From: Octopus bimaculoides
Lineage: Eukaryota
Reading direction: 5' to 3'
Length of the DNA: 64,000 nucleotides
Assembly (NCBI RefSeq): GCF_001194135.2
Contig: NC_068993.1
Coordinates: 36,489,536 to 36,553,535 of the forward strand
In this document: piece by piece, positions 1-11,800 of the stretch
How the letters are laid out: every line of letters starts with the position of its first letter
How positions within the stretch are numbered: the first letter of the stretch is position 1
Translations under genes and position numbers: made by a program
The notes under the pieces: generated by a model
What the model was told of the DNA's origin: nothing
Seen by the model: the letters and a program-made list of their open reading frames with translations, nothing else
The model's database searches: none

Positions 1-116
1 TATATATGTATGTATATATGTATATATATATGTATGTATATATGTATATATATATGTATGTATATATGTATATATATATGTATGTATATATGTATATATA
101 TATGTATGTATATATG

Positions 117-147
<31 letters not shown>

Positions 148-168
148 GTATGTATATATGTATATATT
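1..168. repeat. TA-rich microsatellite with ~24-bp higher-order unit
   Basis: The unit tatatatgtatgtatatatgtata repeats several times; it produces the spurious [11 protein letters not shown]. Confidence 0.95.
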
Positions 169-807
169 CAGTTATAAACAATTATAATTGGCTGCTTTTG
201 CTTGTATGATACTTAAGCTACATCTGTTAAATATTTTTTAAATAGGCAAACATATTTTTATACATCTAGGACTACATTCACCACTTTATCTTTATTTTCT
301 TAACACTGTACAGTGATTTAAGGGAAATTTCGCTTGTTGTTTCTAGCAGGTTGGATGACCTCTTAAAAGATCTCTTGTTGGTTTTAGGTGATAATTGAAT
401 AGGATGTGTTCGGTTCTGCCAGGACGAATTTTTTTTTTTTTTTTTGGTGTCAGATGGGTTAGGCAGTGCTTTCACAAGCTCTCCAAGACTGGTGCAAGGG
501 TGGGAAAGAGGTATCTTCAAAATGCAGGCCTGGCCTGAATGCCTGTAACAGAGTGGGCTCTGCTAGAAACATCCAAGGCAATAGTGTTAAGACGGGACAG
601 ATTGAATTACCATCTCAGCTGACTTCAGTGGGATTTGAACTCTGTATACAAAGAGCCAGAACAAGTACCACAAGGCACCAACAGTTTCATAAGTCCACTG
701 CGCTTGGTTGAAACTTAATTTACGAACCCCTGAAGAATAAGAGGTGAAACTAATTTTTGTGTGGCTTGAAACTAGAATAAATATCACAGTACATTTCACC
801 TGATATT

Positions 808-1222
808 CTAACGCAAGGGTCTCAACTGGGGTCCACATAAGATTTTGTTAAAATTTATCTCCGATATTGTCTTACAAGTTTTCTGACATATAACACAAGT
901 CATTAGAGGCAGTTGGTGTTCAAGATCATTACCTACCTGGGTATTTCGATTTTCATGTGACTTCATAGGATCCACTTTTGACAACAGAACACAATCACCC
1001 ATAATACATATCCAATGTTCACTGTTGATTTCAGTTCCATTTATTCCTTTCCGACCGGCCCTTTTAAACTCAGAGTACTGAATCATCTTTTCCTCCCATC
1101 TGTTGCAACCAGTCTTAACAGTACCTCTCCACTTGTTCTGATCCAGAACATCAGTTTCCCAATCACTTTTGTTCATATCTAGTTTCTTCAGGTTTTCCTT
1201 CACACAGTCTTTATACCTTTTA
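808..1222 (-). mobile_element. 3' end of a LINE ORF2 (RTE/RTEX-like), degenerate
   Basis: The minus strand reads KRYKDCVKENLKKLDM..WETDVLDQNKWRGTVKTG..KRAGRK, followed by Cys-containing zinc-finger-like remnants (CVICQKTC). This resembles RTE-group ORF2 C-termini. Confidence 0.7.
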
Positions 1223-1228
1223 TATATA

Positions 1229-1425
1229 TATATACTATCTTTTACTTATTTCAGTCATTTGACTGCGGCCATGCTGGAGCACTGCCTTTAGTCAAGCAAA
1301 TCGACCCCAGGACTTATTCTTTGTAAGCCTAGTACTTATTCTATCGGTCTCTTTTGCCGAACCGCTAAGTTACGGGGACGTAAACACACCAGCATCGGTT
1401 GTCAAGCAATGTTGGAGGGACAAAC
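1229..1425 (-). mobile_element. SINE family A, 3' half
   Basis: Reverse complement of the 3' half of the full-length copy at 36588-36980. Confidence 0.85.
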
Positions 1426-1585
1426 ATTATATATATATATAGAGAGAGATTCTGTCTGTTTGTGTTTTTGTTCATTTGTTTTTCCTCCAAAATGAAAGTA
1501 AATGGTTCAAGGAAAACTATTATGATTTTTCTATATCATCTTATTTATAGATATATAAAAGAGACATTCTGTCCGTTTGTGTGTT

Positions 1586-2190
1586 NNNNNNNNNNNNNNN
1601 NNNNNNNNNNNNNNNNNNNNNNNNNNNNNNNNNNNNNNNNNNNNNNNNNNNNNNNNNNNNNNNNNNNNNNNNNNNNNNNNNNNNNNNNNNNNNNNNNNNN
1701 NNNNNNNNNNNNNNNNNNNNNNNNNNNNNNNNNNNNNNNNNNNNNNNNNNNNNNNNNNNNNNNNNNNNNNNNNNNNNNNNNNNNNNNNNNNNNNNNNNNN
1801 NNNNNNNNNNNNNNNNNNNNNNNNNNNNNNNNNNNNNNNNNNNNNNNNNNNNNNNNNNNNNNNNNNNNNNNNNNNNNNNNNNNNNNNNNNNNNNNNNNNN
1901 NNNNNNNNNNNNNNNNNNNNNNNNNNNNNNNNNNNNNNNNNNNNNNNNNNNNNNNNNNNNNNNNNNNNNNNNNNNNNNNNNNNNNNNNNNNNNNNNNNNN
2001 NNNNNNNNNNNNNNNNNNNNNNNNNNNNNNNNNNNNNNNNNNNNNNNNNNNNNNNNNNNNNNNNNNNNNNNNNNNNNNNNNNNNNNNNNNNNNNNNNNNN
2101 NNNNNNNNNNNNNNNNNNNNNNNNNNNNNNNNNNNNNNNNNNNNNNNNNNNNNNNNNNNNNNNNNNNNNNNNNNNNNNNNNNNNNNNNNN
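1586..2190. other. Assembly gap (N)
   Basis: Run of N; the right side abuts (TA)n. Confidence 1.
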
Positions 2191-2246
2191 TATATATATA
2201 TATACACATATACACATATACACACACGTGTACTTTTTAACTTCAG

Positions 2247-2291
2247 GTTGAATATGACCCAGATATTACTGCTTCTGCAAATTCTGCTCCG
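2247..2291 (+). CDS. TMEM144: TMEM144 homologue, internal 45-nt exon (VEYDPDITASANSAP)
   Basis: Acceptor tactttttaacttcag| and donor |gtaaga; phase 0/0, joining the 8745 exon in frame. It falls in the poorly conserved loop, so support is mainly splice signals. Confidence 0.6.
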
Positions 2292-3149
2292 GTAAGATAT
2301 TCTAATCCATTTTCTTGTGAATATTTGTTGAACACTTTTAAATGACCATCATCATTGTCATCATCATCGTCATCATCATTACTTTTGACATCAGTATCAT
2401 CTTTCCTGCCATCGTCATTGTGTATATTGCACTTTACATCCTCCATTTGCAGTATTTGTATGTTAAGGTATATCATTGATTATATCAAGGTGCTACCCAC
2501 CCCAGTAATGGTCTAATTAAAAGCCAGAATTAGTTAAGGTCTGTCTCAAACCTACAGGCTGCTTAGACCAGAGCTTATCCCAGTTGCTGAAGTATTTAAG
2601 CAATGGAAATTACAATAATGCTCCACCCACCCACCCACCTTGAACCAAGATGTCAGTGTATCTCAGGATTAGCACATTCCCCCATCCTTTAACTATTGAC
2701 TACTCATTTTCATCTGAGTGGAATAGAGCAATGTGAAATGAAGTGCCTTGCTCAAGGATACAACATACTGTCCAACCCAGAAATTGAACTCCTGAGCTTA
2801 CAGCTGTGATCCCCAACTCCTAAATACTTGGCCATAGGCCTTCACTAATCTAATACTTATCAGTTAATTGCTATGCAGTTTTTGCCTAATTTTATTCATG
2901 GAATTATTTCTCAATGCAGAACTAAGTTGGGACACCTTGCTGCATAGGTCATTAGTAAAATAACCTGTCCTGCTCATGCTAAGTGATTGACTAATTATCT
3001 TGTAAAGATTGATCAGGTATGGGTGTGTGGTTAAGAAGCTCGCTTTGCAACCACATGGTTTTGGGATCAGTCCCACTACAAAGCACCTTCTACTATAGCC
3101 CCATGTTAACCAATGCCTTATGAATGAATTTGGCTAATGGAAACTCACA

Positions 3150-3190
<41 letters not shown>

Positions 3191-3822
3191 AAAAGGTTGA
3201 GTTCTATTTCATCCTTTACTTTTAGCGGGTTCCAAAGTTAGATTTCTAATAAAGATTCTTCATATTACATTGGTAGCTTACTATTGTAAGTAATTTTCGA
3301 ATATGAAAATGTTACAAGTATAAGCTGTGTTATGAACATTTCTAGAACACGTAAGCTATAGAAACTCAACAGACAATTAAAGGTGGAGAAGAGGTGGTGT
3401 TAAAAGTTTTATAAAATTTTAATCCATGCATACAATTGGTTCAAACAGTAATATAAACATGTAAGAAACATGGAAAAAATTCATTTAATTATAATTGAAT
3501 TAATTACATATTACCGTTCTCCTCAGTGGGAAAGAAAAATACATCAAAAAGAATACATAAGAAGAATTTTATATTGTTACAGAATACTAGGTGGAGTGAG
3601 TGTCATATAACATGTTCGGATATTCATAATTTGATTATGAAAGATGAAAGATAAAAATATGCTTAGGTAGTGTTGAGTCTAGTTGTGTATGAACTATAAC
3701 TGATGCGGCTAACGGATATTTGGAAATATAAGTGGAAAATGTTTAAGAAACATTCTCTCTATATGGAGATAAGCAATTAAGTGATATACATTCCATATAA
3801 AGCATTTATCATAAGAACTAAA

Positions 3823-3871
<49 letters not shown>

Positions 3872-3954
3872 NNNNNNNNNNNNNNNNNNNNNNNNNNNNN
3901 NNNNNNNNNNNNNNNNNNNNNNNNNNNNNNNNNNNNNNNNNNNNNNNNNNNNNN
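3872..3954. other. Assembly gap (N)
   Basis: Run of N after a (TA)n tract. Confidence 1.
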
Positions 3955-4158
3955 TCCTTTATATTGAACACTCAATATTTCATCTACATTCAATACTTTC
4001 TTTCATGGTGCCATCCATTTTTATTTTATTTTATTCTATATTATATATTGTATATTATATTATATATTGTATATTCCATATTCTATACCCCACATTGGTT
4101 CTGCAGGAATATAAATAAAACATAAAAAAACAGACAGTGTTGGAACTCTTTTAAACAA

Positions 4159-4200
<42 letters not shown>

Positions 4201-4202
<2 letters not shown>

Positions 4203-4918
4203 TCACTATTCTGTCTTTCATTACCATGTCATCACTGCAACATCATTTATTAAAGTTTATCACAGTCACTTCTTTCTCTAATTCTGCCTGAAAACTCTCA
4301 GATTTTTCAATTCTATTTTACTATTATCAACATTTGCTGACTCATTAAATTATGCTACACAAATCCCAAAAGAATATTTTCTCATGTTCTGACCACCTAC
4401 CCCCCTCTCTCTCTCTGTGCCTTACTCTGTCTCTCTTACTCTCTCTTTCGATTACCACTCACTTCGCCAGGACTTCCTCCACCACCACCACAACCACCCT
4501 ATATAAACTAACGCATGCACTCTGATTCCCCTACTCGATTTTAATACCTCTGTCGAAGAAATACGAATCTCAGAAGATGCTCAGATAAGAAGTTTTGTCT
4601 TTTCAACCTCGTTCATATACTCTTCTATTTCTGCGTAGTTCATAAACCCCTTATTTTAGTTCTTTTCACTATTCTGTCTACTTCATTACCATGTCATCAC
4701 CACAACACATTCATTCATTCATTCATTTATTCAAGTTTATCACACAGTCACTCATTTCTCTAATTTTGTCTCCGATTAGCTGACCGAAAACTCAGATTTT
4801 TCAATTCTATTTTACTATTATCAACATTTGCTGTCTTGTTATACTATGCTACACAAATCCCAAAAGAATATTTTTCTCCTTCGTGTTCTGACCACCAACC
4901 CCCCTCTCTCTCTCGATC
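4201..4918 (+). mobile_element. Putative Penelope-like terminal fragment with diverged direct repeats
   Basis: Direct repeats of ~220-250 bp (4201-4415, 4666-4918) flank a segment containing tatataaa and ctgtcgaagaaatacgaatctcagaa. The classification is inferred. Confidence 0.35.
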
Positions 4919-5287
4919 CCTTATTTGTTGGTCAATGAGGAAACTAGAAATAGATGAATGGTTAGTGAGAGCTGTGCGAGCCATGTACAGGGACGCTGTC
5001 AGTAAGGTGAAGGTCGGCAAAGAGTACAGTGAAGAATTCCGGGTAGAGGTAGGGGTCCACCAAGGTTCAGTCCTCAGCCCCCTCCTATTTATCATAGTCC
5101 TCCAGGCTATAACAGAGGAATTCAAGACAGGATGCCCCTGGGAGCTCCTCTATGCTGATGACCTTGCTCTAATTGCTGAGTCACTATCAGAACTAGAGAA
5201 GTTTCAGGTGTGGAAGCAGGATTAGAATCGAAGGGCCTTAGAGTCAACCAAGCTAAAACCAAAGTCCTAATAAGTAGGAAGGCAGAC
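4913..5287 (+). mobile_element. RTE-clade LINE reverse transcriptase fragment
   Basis: Reads WSMRKLEIDEWLVRAV..GVHQGSVLSPLLF..ELLYADDLALIAE, containing RT motifs QG..LSP and YADD; runs into a gap. Confidence 0.92.
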
Positions 5288-5665
5288 NNNNNNNNNNNNN
5301 NNNNNNNNNNNNNNNNNNNNNNNNNNNNNNNNNNNNNNNNNNNNNNNNNNNNNNNNNNNNNNNNNNNNNNNNNNNNNNNNNNNNNNNNNNNNNNNNNNNN
5401 NNNNNNNNNNNNNNNNNNNNNNNNNNNNNNNNNNNNNNNNNNNNNNNNNNNNNNNNNNNNNNNNNNNNNNNNNNNNNNNNNNNNNNNNNNNNNNNNNNNN
5501 NNNNNNNNNNNNNNNNNNNNNNNNNNNNNNNNNNNNNNNNNNNNNNNNNNNNNNNNNNNNNNNNNNNNNNNNNNNNNNNNNNNNNNNNNNNNNNNNNNNN
5601 NNNNNNNNNNNNNNNNNNNNNNNNNNNNNNNNNNNNNNNNNNNNNNNNNNNNNNNNNNNNNNNNN
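5288..5665. other. Assembly gap (N)
   Basis: Run of N. Confidence 1.
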
Positions 5666-5872
5666 CGCCTGACTGGCCTTCGTGCAGGTGACACGTAAAA
5701 GCACCTACTACACTCTCTGAGTGGTTGGCGTTAGGAAGGGCATCCAGCTGTAGAAACTCTGCCAAATTTAGATTGGAGCCTGGTGTTGCCATCCGGTTTC
5801 ACCAGTCCTCAGTCAAATCGTCCAACCCATGCTAGCATGGAAAGCGGACGTTAAACGATGATGATGATGATA
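5666..5872 (+). mobile_element. RTE LINE 3' UTR with (GAT)n tail
   Basis: Contains ggaagggcatccagctgtagaaac...gcatggaaagcggacgttaaacgatgatgat; near-identical to 7020-7186 and 38600-38783. Confidence 0.85.
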
Positions 5873-6668
5873 TATATATATGGTATGAGGCACTCATTTA
5901 AGGATCTCAAACCACATGTATTGGCTCTGTGGTAAGAGGCTTGCTTCTCAACCACATGGTTCTGGGTTTTACTATAGTCTTCTACTATTTTTTTGTTTAT
6001 AGTTTATTTTCTCTTTATTTAAGAAATAATATAAATAAAATAAACAAAAACATAGAGCTATGATAATTTTGAATTATGGAGATTTTCCTCTCATAAACTA
6101 AATAAATTAGTATTTTATACTTGTTAGTTACTTAGAATAATGTTTATATCAGTAAGAATAAATAATGAGAGTAGTTATTATATATAATTATATATCTTTT
6201 TGAATAATTATCCATATTTGAATATTATTGTAGTACTTGTGACTATTAAGTAGATATAATATTATACTCTTTCGAACATGTATACCCATATAAATTTAGA
6301 GAATAAAAATATTGGATTAACATAATTTATTTCCTTCTGTAAAACTCTGATTATTTATTTATATATTATCTTTATTATGTAAATATTGGGAAAGTTTTAT
6401 AATAATTGTAATTTTATGCATTTGTTTAACATCGGTATATTTGGTGGTAAAATATAGAGTGAATGAATTATTGATTAAGAAATTTTTTATTGAATTTAGT
6501 GTCAGAATTATAAAGATCCTTATTTATATATCTATTTTCATTATAATATATAGTAATTTTAAATAAAATATATTTCCTACGCTACCATAAATTTTCTAAT
6601 ATATTACATATTGTAAAGCCATAAAATGGTCAATGATTAGTAACAATTAAAATACTTTTAGATAAATA

Positions 6669-7186
6669 TTATTGGAGATCCGTGGTGAGGCAAGACCTTC
6701 AAACATTGGGCCTCACCGAGGTGATGACTACTGACCGAGACCTTTGGAAATGTGCTGTGCGTGAGCAGACCCGGCAAGCCAAGTGAGACCGTTGCCAGTG
6801 CCCCTGGACTGGCTCTTGTGCAGGTGGCACATAAGATGCACCAACTTGAGCATGGCCGTTGCCAGTACCGCCTGACTGGCCTTCGTAGGATTTTCGAGCG
6901 AGATCGTTGCCAGTGCCCCTGGACTGGCTCTTGTGCGGGTGGCACATAAAAGACACCATTTCGAGCGTGGCCGTTGCCAGTACCGCCTGACTGGCCTTCG
7001 TGTGGGTGACACGTAAAAGCACCCACTACACTCTCTGAGTGGTTGGTGTTAGGAAGGGCATCCAGCTGTAGAAACTCTGCCAAATTAGATTGGAGCCAGG
7101 TGTTGCCATCCGGTTTCACCAGTCCTCAGTCAAATCATCCAACCCATGCTAGCATGGAAAGCAGACGCTAAACGATGATGATGTGA
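6669..7186 (+). mobile_element. RTE LINE 3' end: ORF2 C-terminus plus tandem-hairpin 3' UTR
   Basis: EVMTTDRDLWKCAVREQTRQAK* ends at 6786, then four GCCAGT-N8-ACTGGC units and a (GAT)n tail. Confidence 0.88.
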
Positions 7187-7524
7187 ATTTTCTTTACTTA
7201 ATCATTTTATCCATTTGAATTTTTTTCTTTTTATTGTACTTATGTATTTGAAACAGTATTTTTGCAATTTGGCAGTCTTTGCATGGAATTTTGTATGTTT
7301 TTTTTCTTTTAGCCAAGGCCTTGAAGAGGCTTGTATGCATAGATAGGATTTTTTTATAAATTCACTACTGTATATAAGTCTAAACAAATTGTTGGCTTTA
7401 TATGTGTTTTTTTTTTAAATTAGTTATGCTATCTTATATTATATTTTTTATAGTATATTATATTATGATGTAAATAAATTTTTAGTTTGTCAGTTGTATT
7501 TCTCTATTTCATTTAGAATATATA

Positions 7525-8105
7525 ATTACAGAGGCATCAAATTGCTGGACCAAGTGATGAAAGTCATTGAAAGGGTCATAGCTCAATTAGGGAGAGAGTT
7601 AGCGTAGAGGAGATGCAGTTTGGGTTTGTGGCAGGCAGGAGCACAACTAATGCTATATTCCTGGTTAGGAAACTGCAGGAGAAATATCAAACCAAAAATA
7701 AACCCCTGTATCTAGTTTTTGTCGACATGGTAAAGCTCCCTTATTTGGTCGTTGATGCAGAAGCTAAGGATAGATGAGTAGCTGGTGAGAGCTGTATAAG
7801 TCATGTACAGGGATGCTGTCAGTAAGGTGAAGATTAGCAATGAATTTGGAGTACAAGAAATGTTAATCAAACAGACCAAATAAAGGATTTTCAATCCACA
7901 GCCCTCTCTTGTTCATCATAGTCCTCCAGGCAATAACAGAGGAATTTTAAGATGGGCTGCCCCTAGGAGCTCCTCCATGCTGATGACCTTGCCCTTATAG
8001 CTGAACCACTATGGGATGAAGTTCAAATGTACAGAAAATAGACTCCATCAAATGCCAGTGGGAAAAACTAGAAGTGGTTGATAGCTTCCGTTATCTAGGT
8101 GATCT
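7525..8105 (+). mobile_element. Older RTE LINE RT remnant
   Basis: Reads NYRGIKLLDQVMKVIERV..MQFGFVAGRSTTNAIFLVRKLQEKY..LYLVFVDM..HADDL..LEVVDSFRYLGD with frameshifts and an internal deletion. Confidence 0.9.
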
Positions 8106-8514
8106 GTGTCTCTACACTATCACAAGCTGCCATTCATAATTCCTAGTATCAAAGTGACAAAGTGACTAACAAATTGTTTTGTGAAGATTGAGTATGGTTA
8201 CTTTGCAGTCACATAGTCTCAGGATCAGTCCTGCTGCGCAGCACCTTTGGCAGTTTTTTTTTTTTCTTCTTATAGAGTATACAGCCAGTTAAATATATAT
8301 ACTTATTGTATATACCCAAAAAATATGAAAAATCAAAGCTAATTACTGTAACATTTAAAATCAGATGTAGAGATATAACTAAATAACGGAAACCATTTTG
8401 TTTGAAGTCCTACAAATTTTGTCAGTGTACCATTTTGTAATTAATTACCACTTAGTTAAAGAGAATTATTCAAAGAATAATTATTGCAAGTTGAAGATTA
8501 TTATTACTAATATT

Positions 8515-8650
8515 AAGGCTGCAAGCTGGCAGGATCGTTAGCACGCCAGGCAAAATGCTAAGCATTTCATCTGTATTTACATTCCGAGTTCAAATTCTGC
8601 TGCGGTCAACTTTACCCTTCATCTTCTTGGTGTCGATAAGTACCAGTTGA
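8515..8650 (+). mobile_element. SINE family B (tRNA-like head), diverged
   Basis: A-box-like tggcaggatcgttag and B-box-like gagttcaaattc; resembles 12361-12596. Confidence 0.7.
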
Positions 8651-8744
8651 GTACAACACTTAGGTGTTGTCATTAAAGAGACTATAACACTGAAGTCATT
8701 GGTTAATTAGCCTGTATTTCTACAATGTTTTCTGTTTCCTGCAG

Positions 8745-8815
8745 GTAATCCAGAACGAAGTCAATGAAGGTGCTACTATTATTGATAAACTATCTCCCAC
8801 AAGAAAACGGATTTT
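8745..8815 (+). CDS. TMEM144: TMEM144 exon (VIQNEVNEGATIIDKLSPTRKRI[L])
   Basis: Acceptor tctgtttcctgcag|, donor |gtaagt; 71 nt, phase 0/2. Resembles the human ..WVDKLS..HRIV segment as recalled. Confidence 0.88.
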
Positions 8816-8820
8816 GTAAG

Positions 8821-9017
8821 TACTCTTTTACTCTTATATTTGTTTCAGTCATTTGACTGTGGCCATGCTGGAGCACTGCCTTTAGCCAAACAAATCGACC
8901 CCAGAACTTATTCTTTGTAAGCCTAGTACTTAATCTATCGGTCTCATTTGCAAAATTGCTAAGTTACGGGGATGTAAACACACCAACATCAGTTATCAAG
9001 CGATGATAGGGGGACAA

Positions 9018-9102
<85 letters not shown>

Positions 9103-9262
9103 TATACACACGATGGGTTTCTTTCAGTTTCTGTCTACCAAATCCACTCGCAAGGCTTTGGTTAGCCGGAGGCTATAGTAAAAGACACTTACTCAAGGTG
9201 CCACACTGGGACTGAACCTGGAACCATGTGGTTGGGAAGCAAGCTTCTTACCACACAGCCAC
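8821..9262 (-). mobile_element. SINE family A, full length, with internal (TA)n
   Basis: Reverse complement of ggctgtgtggtaagaagcttgcttcccaaccac...gactgaaacaa; its tail abuts the exon donor. Confidence 0.9.
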
Positions 9263-11095
9263 ACCACTAATTATTCACTTTTGTATGTTACTGCATTGGA
9301 TGTTAATGTTAGTGCATAGTTAGTGCATATTGTTTCTCTGTGTATCATCTTAATGTGTATGTGTACACATACATATCGTCATCATCCTTTTTCCATGCTG
9401 GCATGGGTTGGACGGGTTGACCAGAGTTGGCAAGCCAGAGAGCTGCACCAGGTTCCAGTCTGATTTGGCTTTCCTAATGCCAACTACTTTACAGTGTGTG
9501 CTGGGTGCATTGAATGTGTTGCACTGCACCAGCACAGGACTCTTGCAGGCCAATCCTCTTCACCAGGACGGACCGCCTTAACACTTCTGCTGTGGTGGAT
9601 GGGTTGGTAAGAATATTTGCAGAACGGAATTTGACAATAATGTTAGCATCTAAGGGAGATAATTATTTTGAGTAATTTAATTTTTTAACCAACTAAAATA
9701 TTAAAAGTAGATTATTTCATTACTCTTTTTTTCCATAACTTGAACATTTTCTCAGAATAATGAGGAGTATTGACAGATCAAACTACAAAAATTACTCGAA
9801 AAATTCAATATTATAAGTATTCAAAAAAAATTCATCTAATAAATCTTAGAATATAATTGAATGTGAAGAAACCACACTGAAATTGAAGAATCTGCCATTT
9901 TTGCCAACATAGCTTGATTTAAAAAGAAAGGATAATCATTCATTTAACCCTTTCACCAGGACAGTCAGTTCTTTGATGTTGTCTAACCAAAAATATCCAT
10001 CTTTGGGATATCACTACTATTACTGCAATAGCAAGAAATGGGATACAGTGACATTTATGCCTTTCTGTGCAGCATTAGTGATGTGAAATGTTTAAAAGTT
10101 TATAATAGATGTGGCTGTGTGGTTAAGCAGCTTGCTTCCAAACATGTGGTCTCAGGTTCAATTCCACTGCACATATTTATAACTAGAGATATGGAAATTC
10201 TGTCAGTTATCTCCCTTACATTATTTTCTATGTAGTTATTTGAAGTTAACTTGATATTCATTCTTTTAGACTGGATGTAAGGGTGCGTAGAAAATGTCTT
10301 ATTGTGATGTTCATGCCTTTCTTATTGACATCAGTGAAGAAATATTGGCCTTTATTGAGAAGTGAGACATCAGCTCTCCTGGAGCATCCTGTCTTAACCT
10401 ATGATGCCAGCTTGTACATTTTCATAACAATTATTTCATTTCACTAGAAACCTGGCTAATTTTTGTAGAGTATACTGTCAATTGAATGGACTTTAGTTAT
10501 AAGCAGATGCCTTTGTAACTGACCCTGAGAGGGTGAAAGGCAAAATTGACCTCAGGGGGACTTCAATACAGAAAAGTTGAAGGATGAAATCAAATACTGT
10601 AAAGCAACTACTGTAATTAGTTTTGTCCCCACCTCTCTGTTAGTCAATTCCGCTTCCCTGACACGTATACATCAAAGTAATCTTGCTGCTATTGGGTTTT
10701 TCTCCATTATGTTTGAACTTCATAGAAATTATGACTGACGAATTACTTAGCTGACCTGTAGTATTTTCATTACAAACATAACTAGCAAAGCAACAAGAGC
10801 TACACCTTTTGTAAATTATACTACATCTTTTGTAACTAATATAAATGATATAGTAATGCCACATATATAAAATGTTGTCCATCTTTTGTGTTTTTATTAC
10901 ACACTTGCACTACACTGTTCTAATAGCCAGCTCGTGTTCTGTGGAATTATTTTTATTTTGATTAGGAAGTTGGATTTTTAAGAGTTTTGGACATTTCTGA
11001 GTATTAATCTAGTGTTCATCTATGGTACACTTGTACAAGCATCTTCTCACTCATCGGATGTGTCTGTGTGTGTTTATACGTACATACACACATAT

Positions 11096-11468
11096 GTGGA
11101 GGTGCAATGGCCCAGTGGTTAGGGCAGCGGACTCGCGGTCATAGGATTGCAGTTTCGATTTCCAGACCGAGCGTTGTGAGTGTTTATTGAGTGAAAACAC
11201 CTAAAGTTCCACGAGGCTCCAGCAGGGGTTGGTGGCGAACCTTGCTGTACTCTTTCACCACAACTTTCTCTCACTTTTTCTTCCTGTTTCTGTCATACCT
11301 GCATTTCAAAGTGCCAGCCTTATCACACTCTGTGTCATGCTGAATCTCCCCGAGAACTATGTTAAGGGTAAACGTGTCTGTGGAGTGCTCAGCCACGAGC
11401 AGGCTGTTCCGTTGATCAGATCAACTGGAACCCTCGTCGTCATAACTGACAGAGTGCCAACACACACA
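11096..11468 (+). mobile_element. SINE family C (tRNA-Arg-like head, (CA)n tail)
   Basis: A-box tggcccagtggttag, loop actcgcg, B-box-like gtttcgatt; near-identical inverted copy at 32875-33259. Confidence 0.88.
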
Positions 11469-11487
11469 TATATATTCAACAAAAGCC

Positions 11488-11800
11488 ATGGGTTACAAAG
11501 CAGAAGTAACATCAGCCAACACCAACAAGACAATTTCATGCACAGAAATATGTTGGGCAACAAAGTGTTCCTTTAAGGCCAGATTGAATATTCACAGATC
11601 CTCTTTTAAGAACCAGGTAAGAATTAATGTCACCACTTTAACCAGCTGTGAATGCCAATTAAAAGATGTAATGCAATATAACATCAACAGAAGGTTATTA
11701 GGCTATATTTTAATGGAAGTAGGAGATGCAAACTCTGCTTAGCAGAGAATAATTCTTAAAAATTCACATGATCGCACTTGTTTAATATAATGTTCAACGT
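11488..11800 (+). mobile_element. Penelope-like GIY-YIG endonuclease remnant
   Basis: Reads YKAEVTS..T..SFKARLNIHRSSFKNQ..T.L...QLKD..YNI..LL, then tgcaaactctgcttagcagag (CKLCLAE) in another frame. This matches the recalled PLE GIY-YIG pattern FK.R...H..SF...C.LCL.EK. Confidence 0.7.

Noticed and set aside
1399-2295. Long X-filled ORFs across gaps (also 5122-5792, 18627-19173, 37481-38079)
   Set aside because: Artefacts of N runs; only the TMEM144 exons at gap edges are supported.
2243-2476. Asp-rich 77-aa minus ORF
   Set aside because: Produced by an (ATC)n-like tract antisense to the TMEM144 exon/intron.
5990-6660. Extremely AT-rich tracts (also 18330-18657)
   Set aside because: No periodicity or family match; next to gaps or repeats, and possibly low-quality sequence.
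6787-7000. Palindromic repeats with spacer-like intervals resembling a CRISPR array
   Set aside because: The intervals are themselves repeated, the array sits in a eukaryotic LINE 3' UTR present in several copies, and there are no cas genes.
6658-7119. Recurrent ORFs MKPDGNT..LAEFLQLDALPN (also 5253, 35589, 38381, 57838)
   Set aside because: Antisense readings of the RTE 3' UTR module.
11096-11170. tRNA-like sequences with A/B boxes (also 12361, 33190, 36595)
   Set aside because: SINE heads: no complete cloverleaf, and they continue into repeat bodies.
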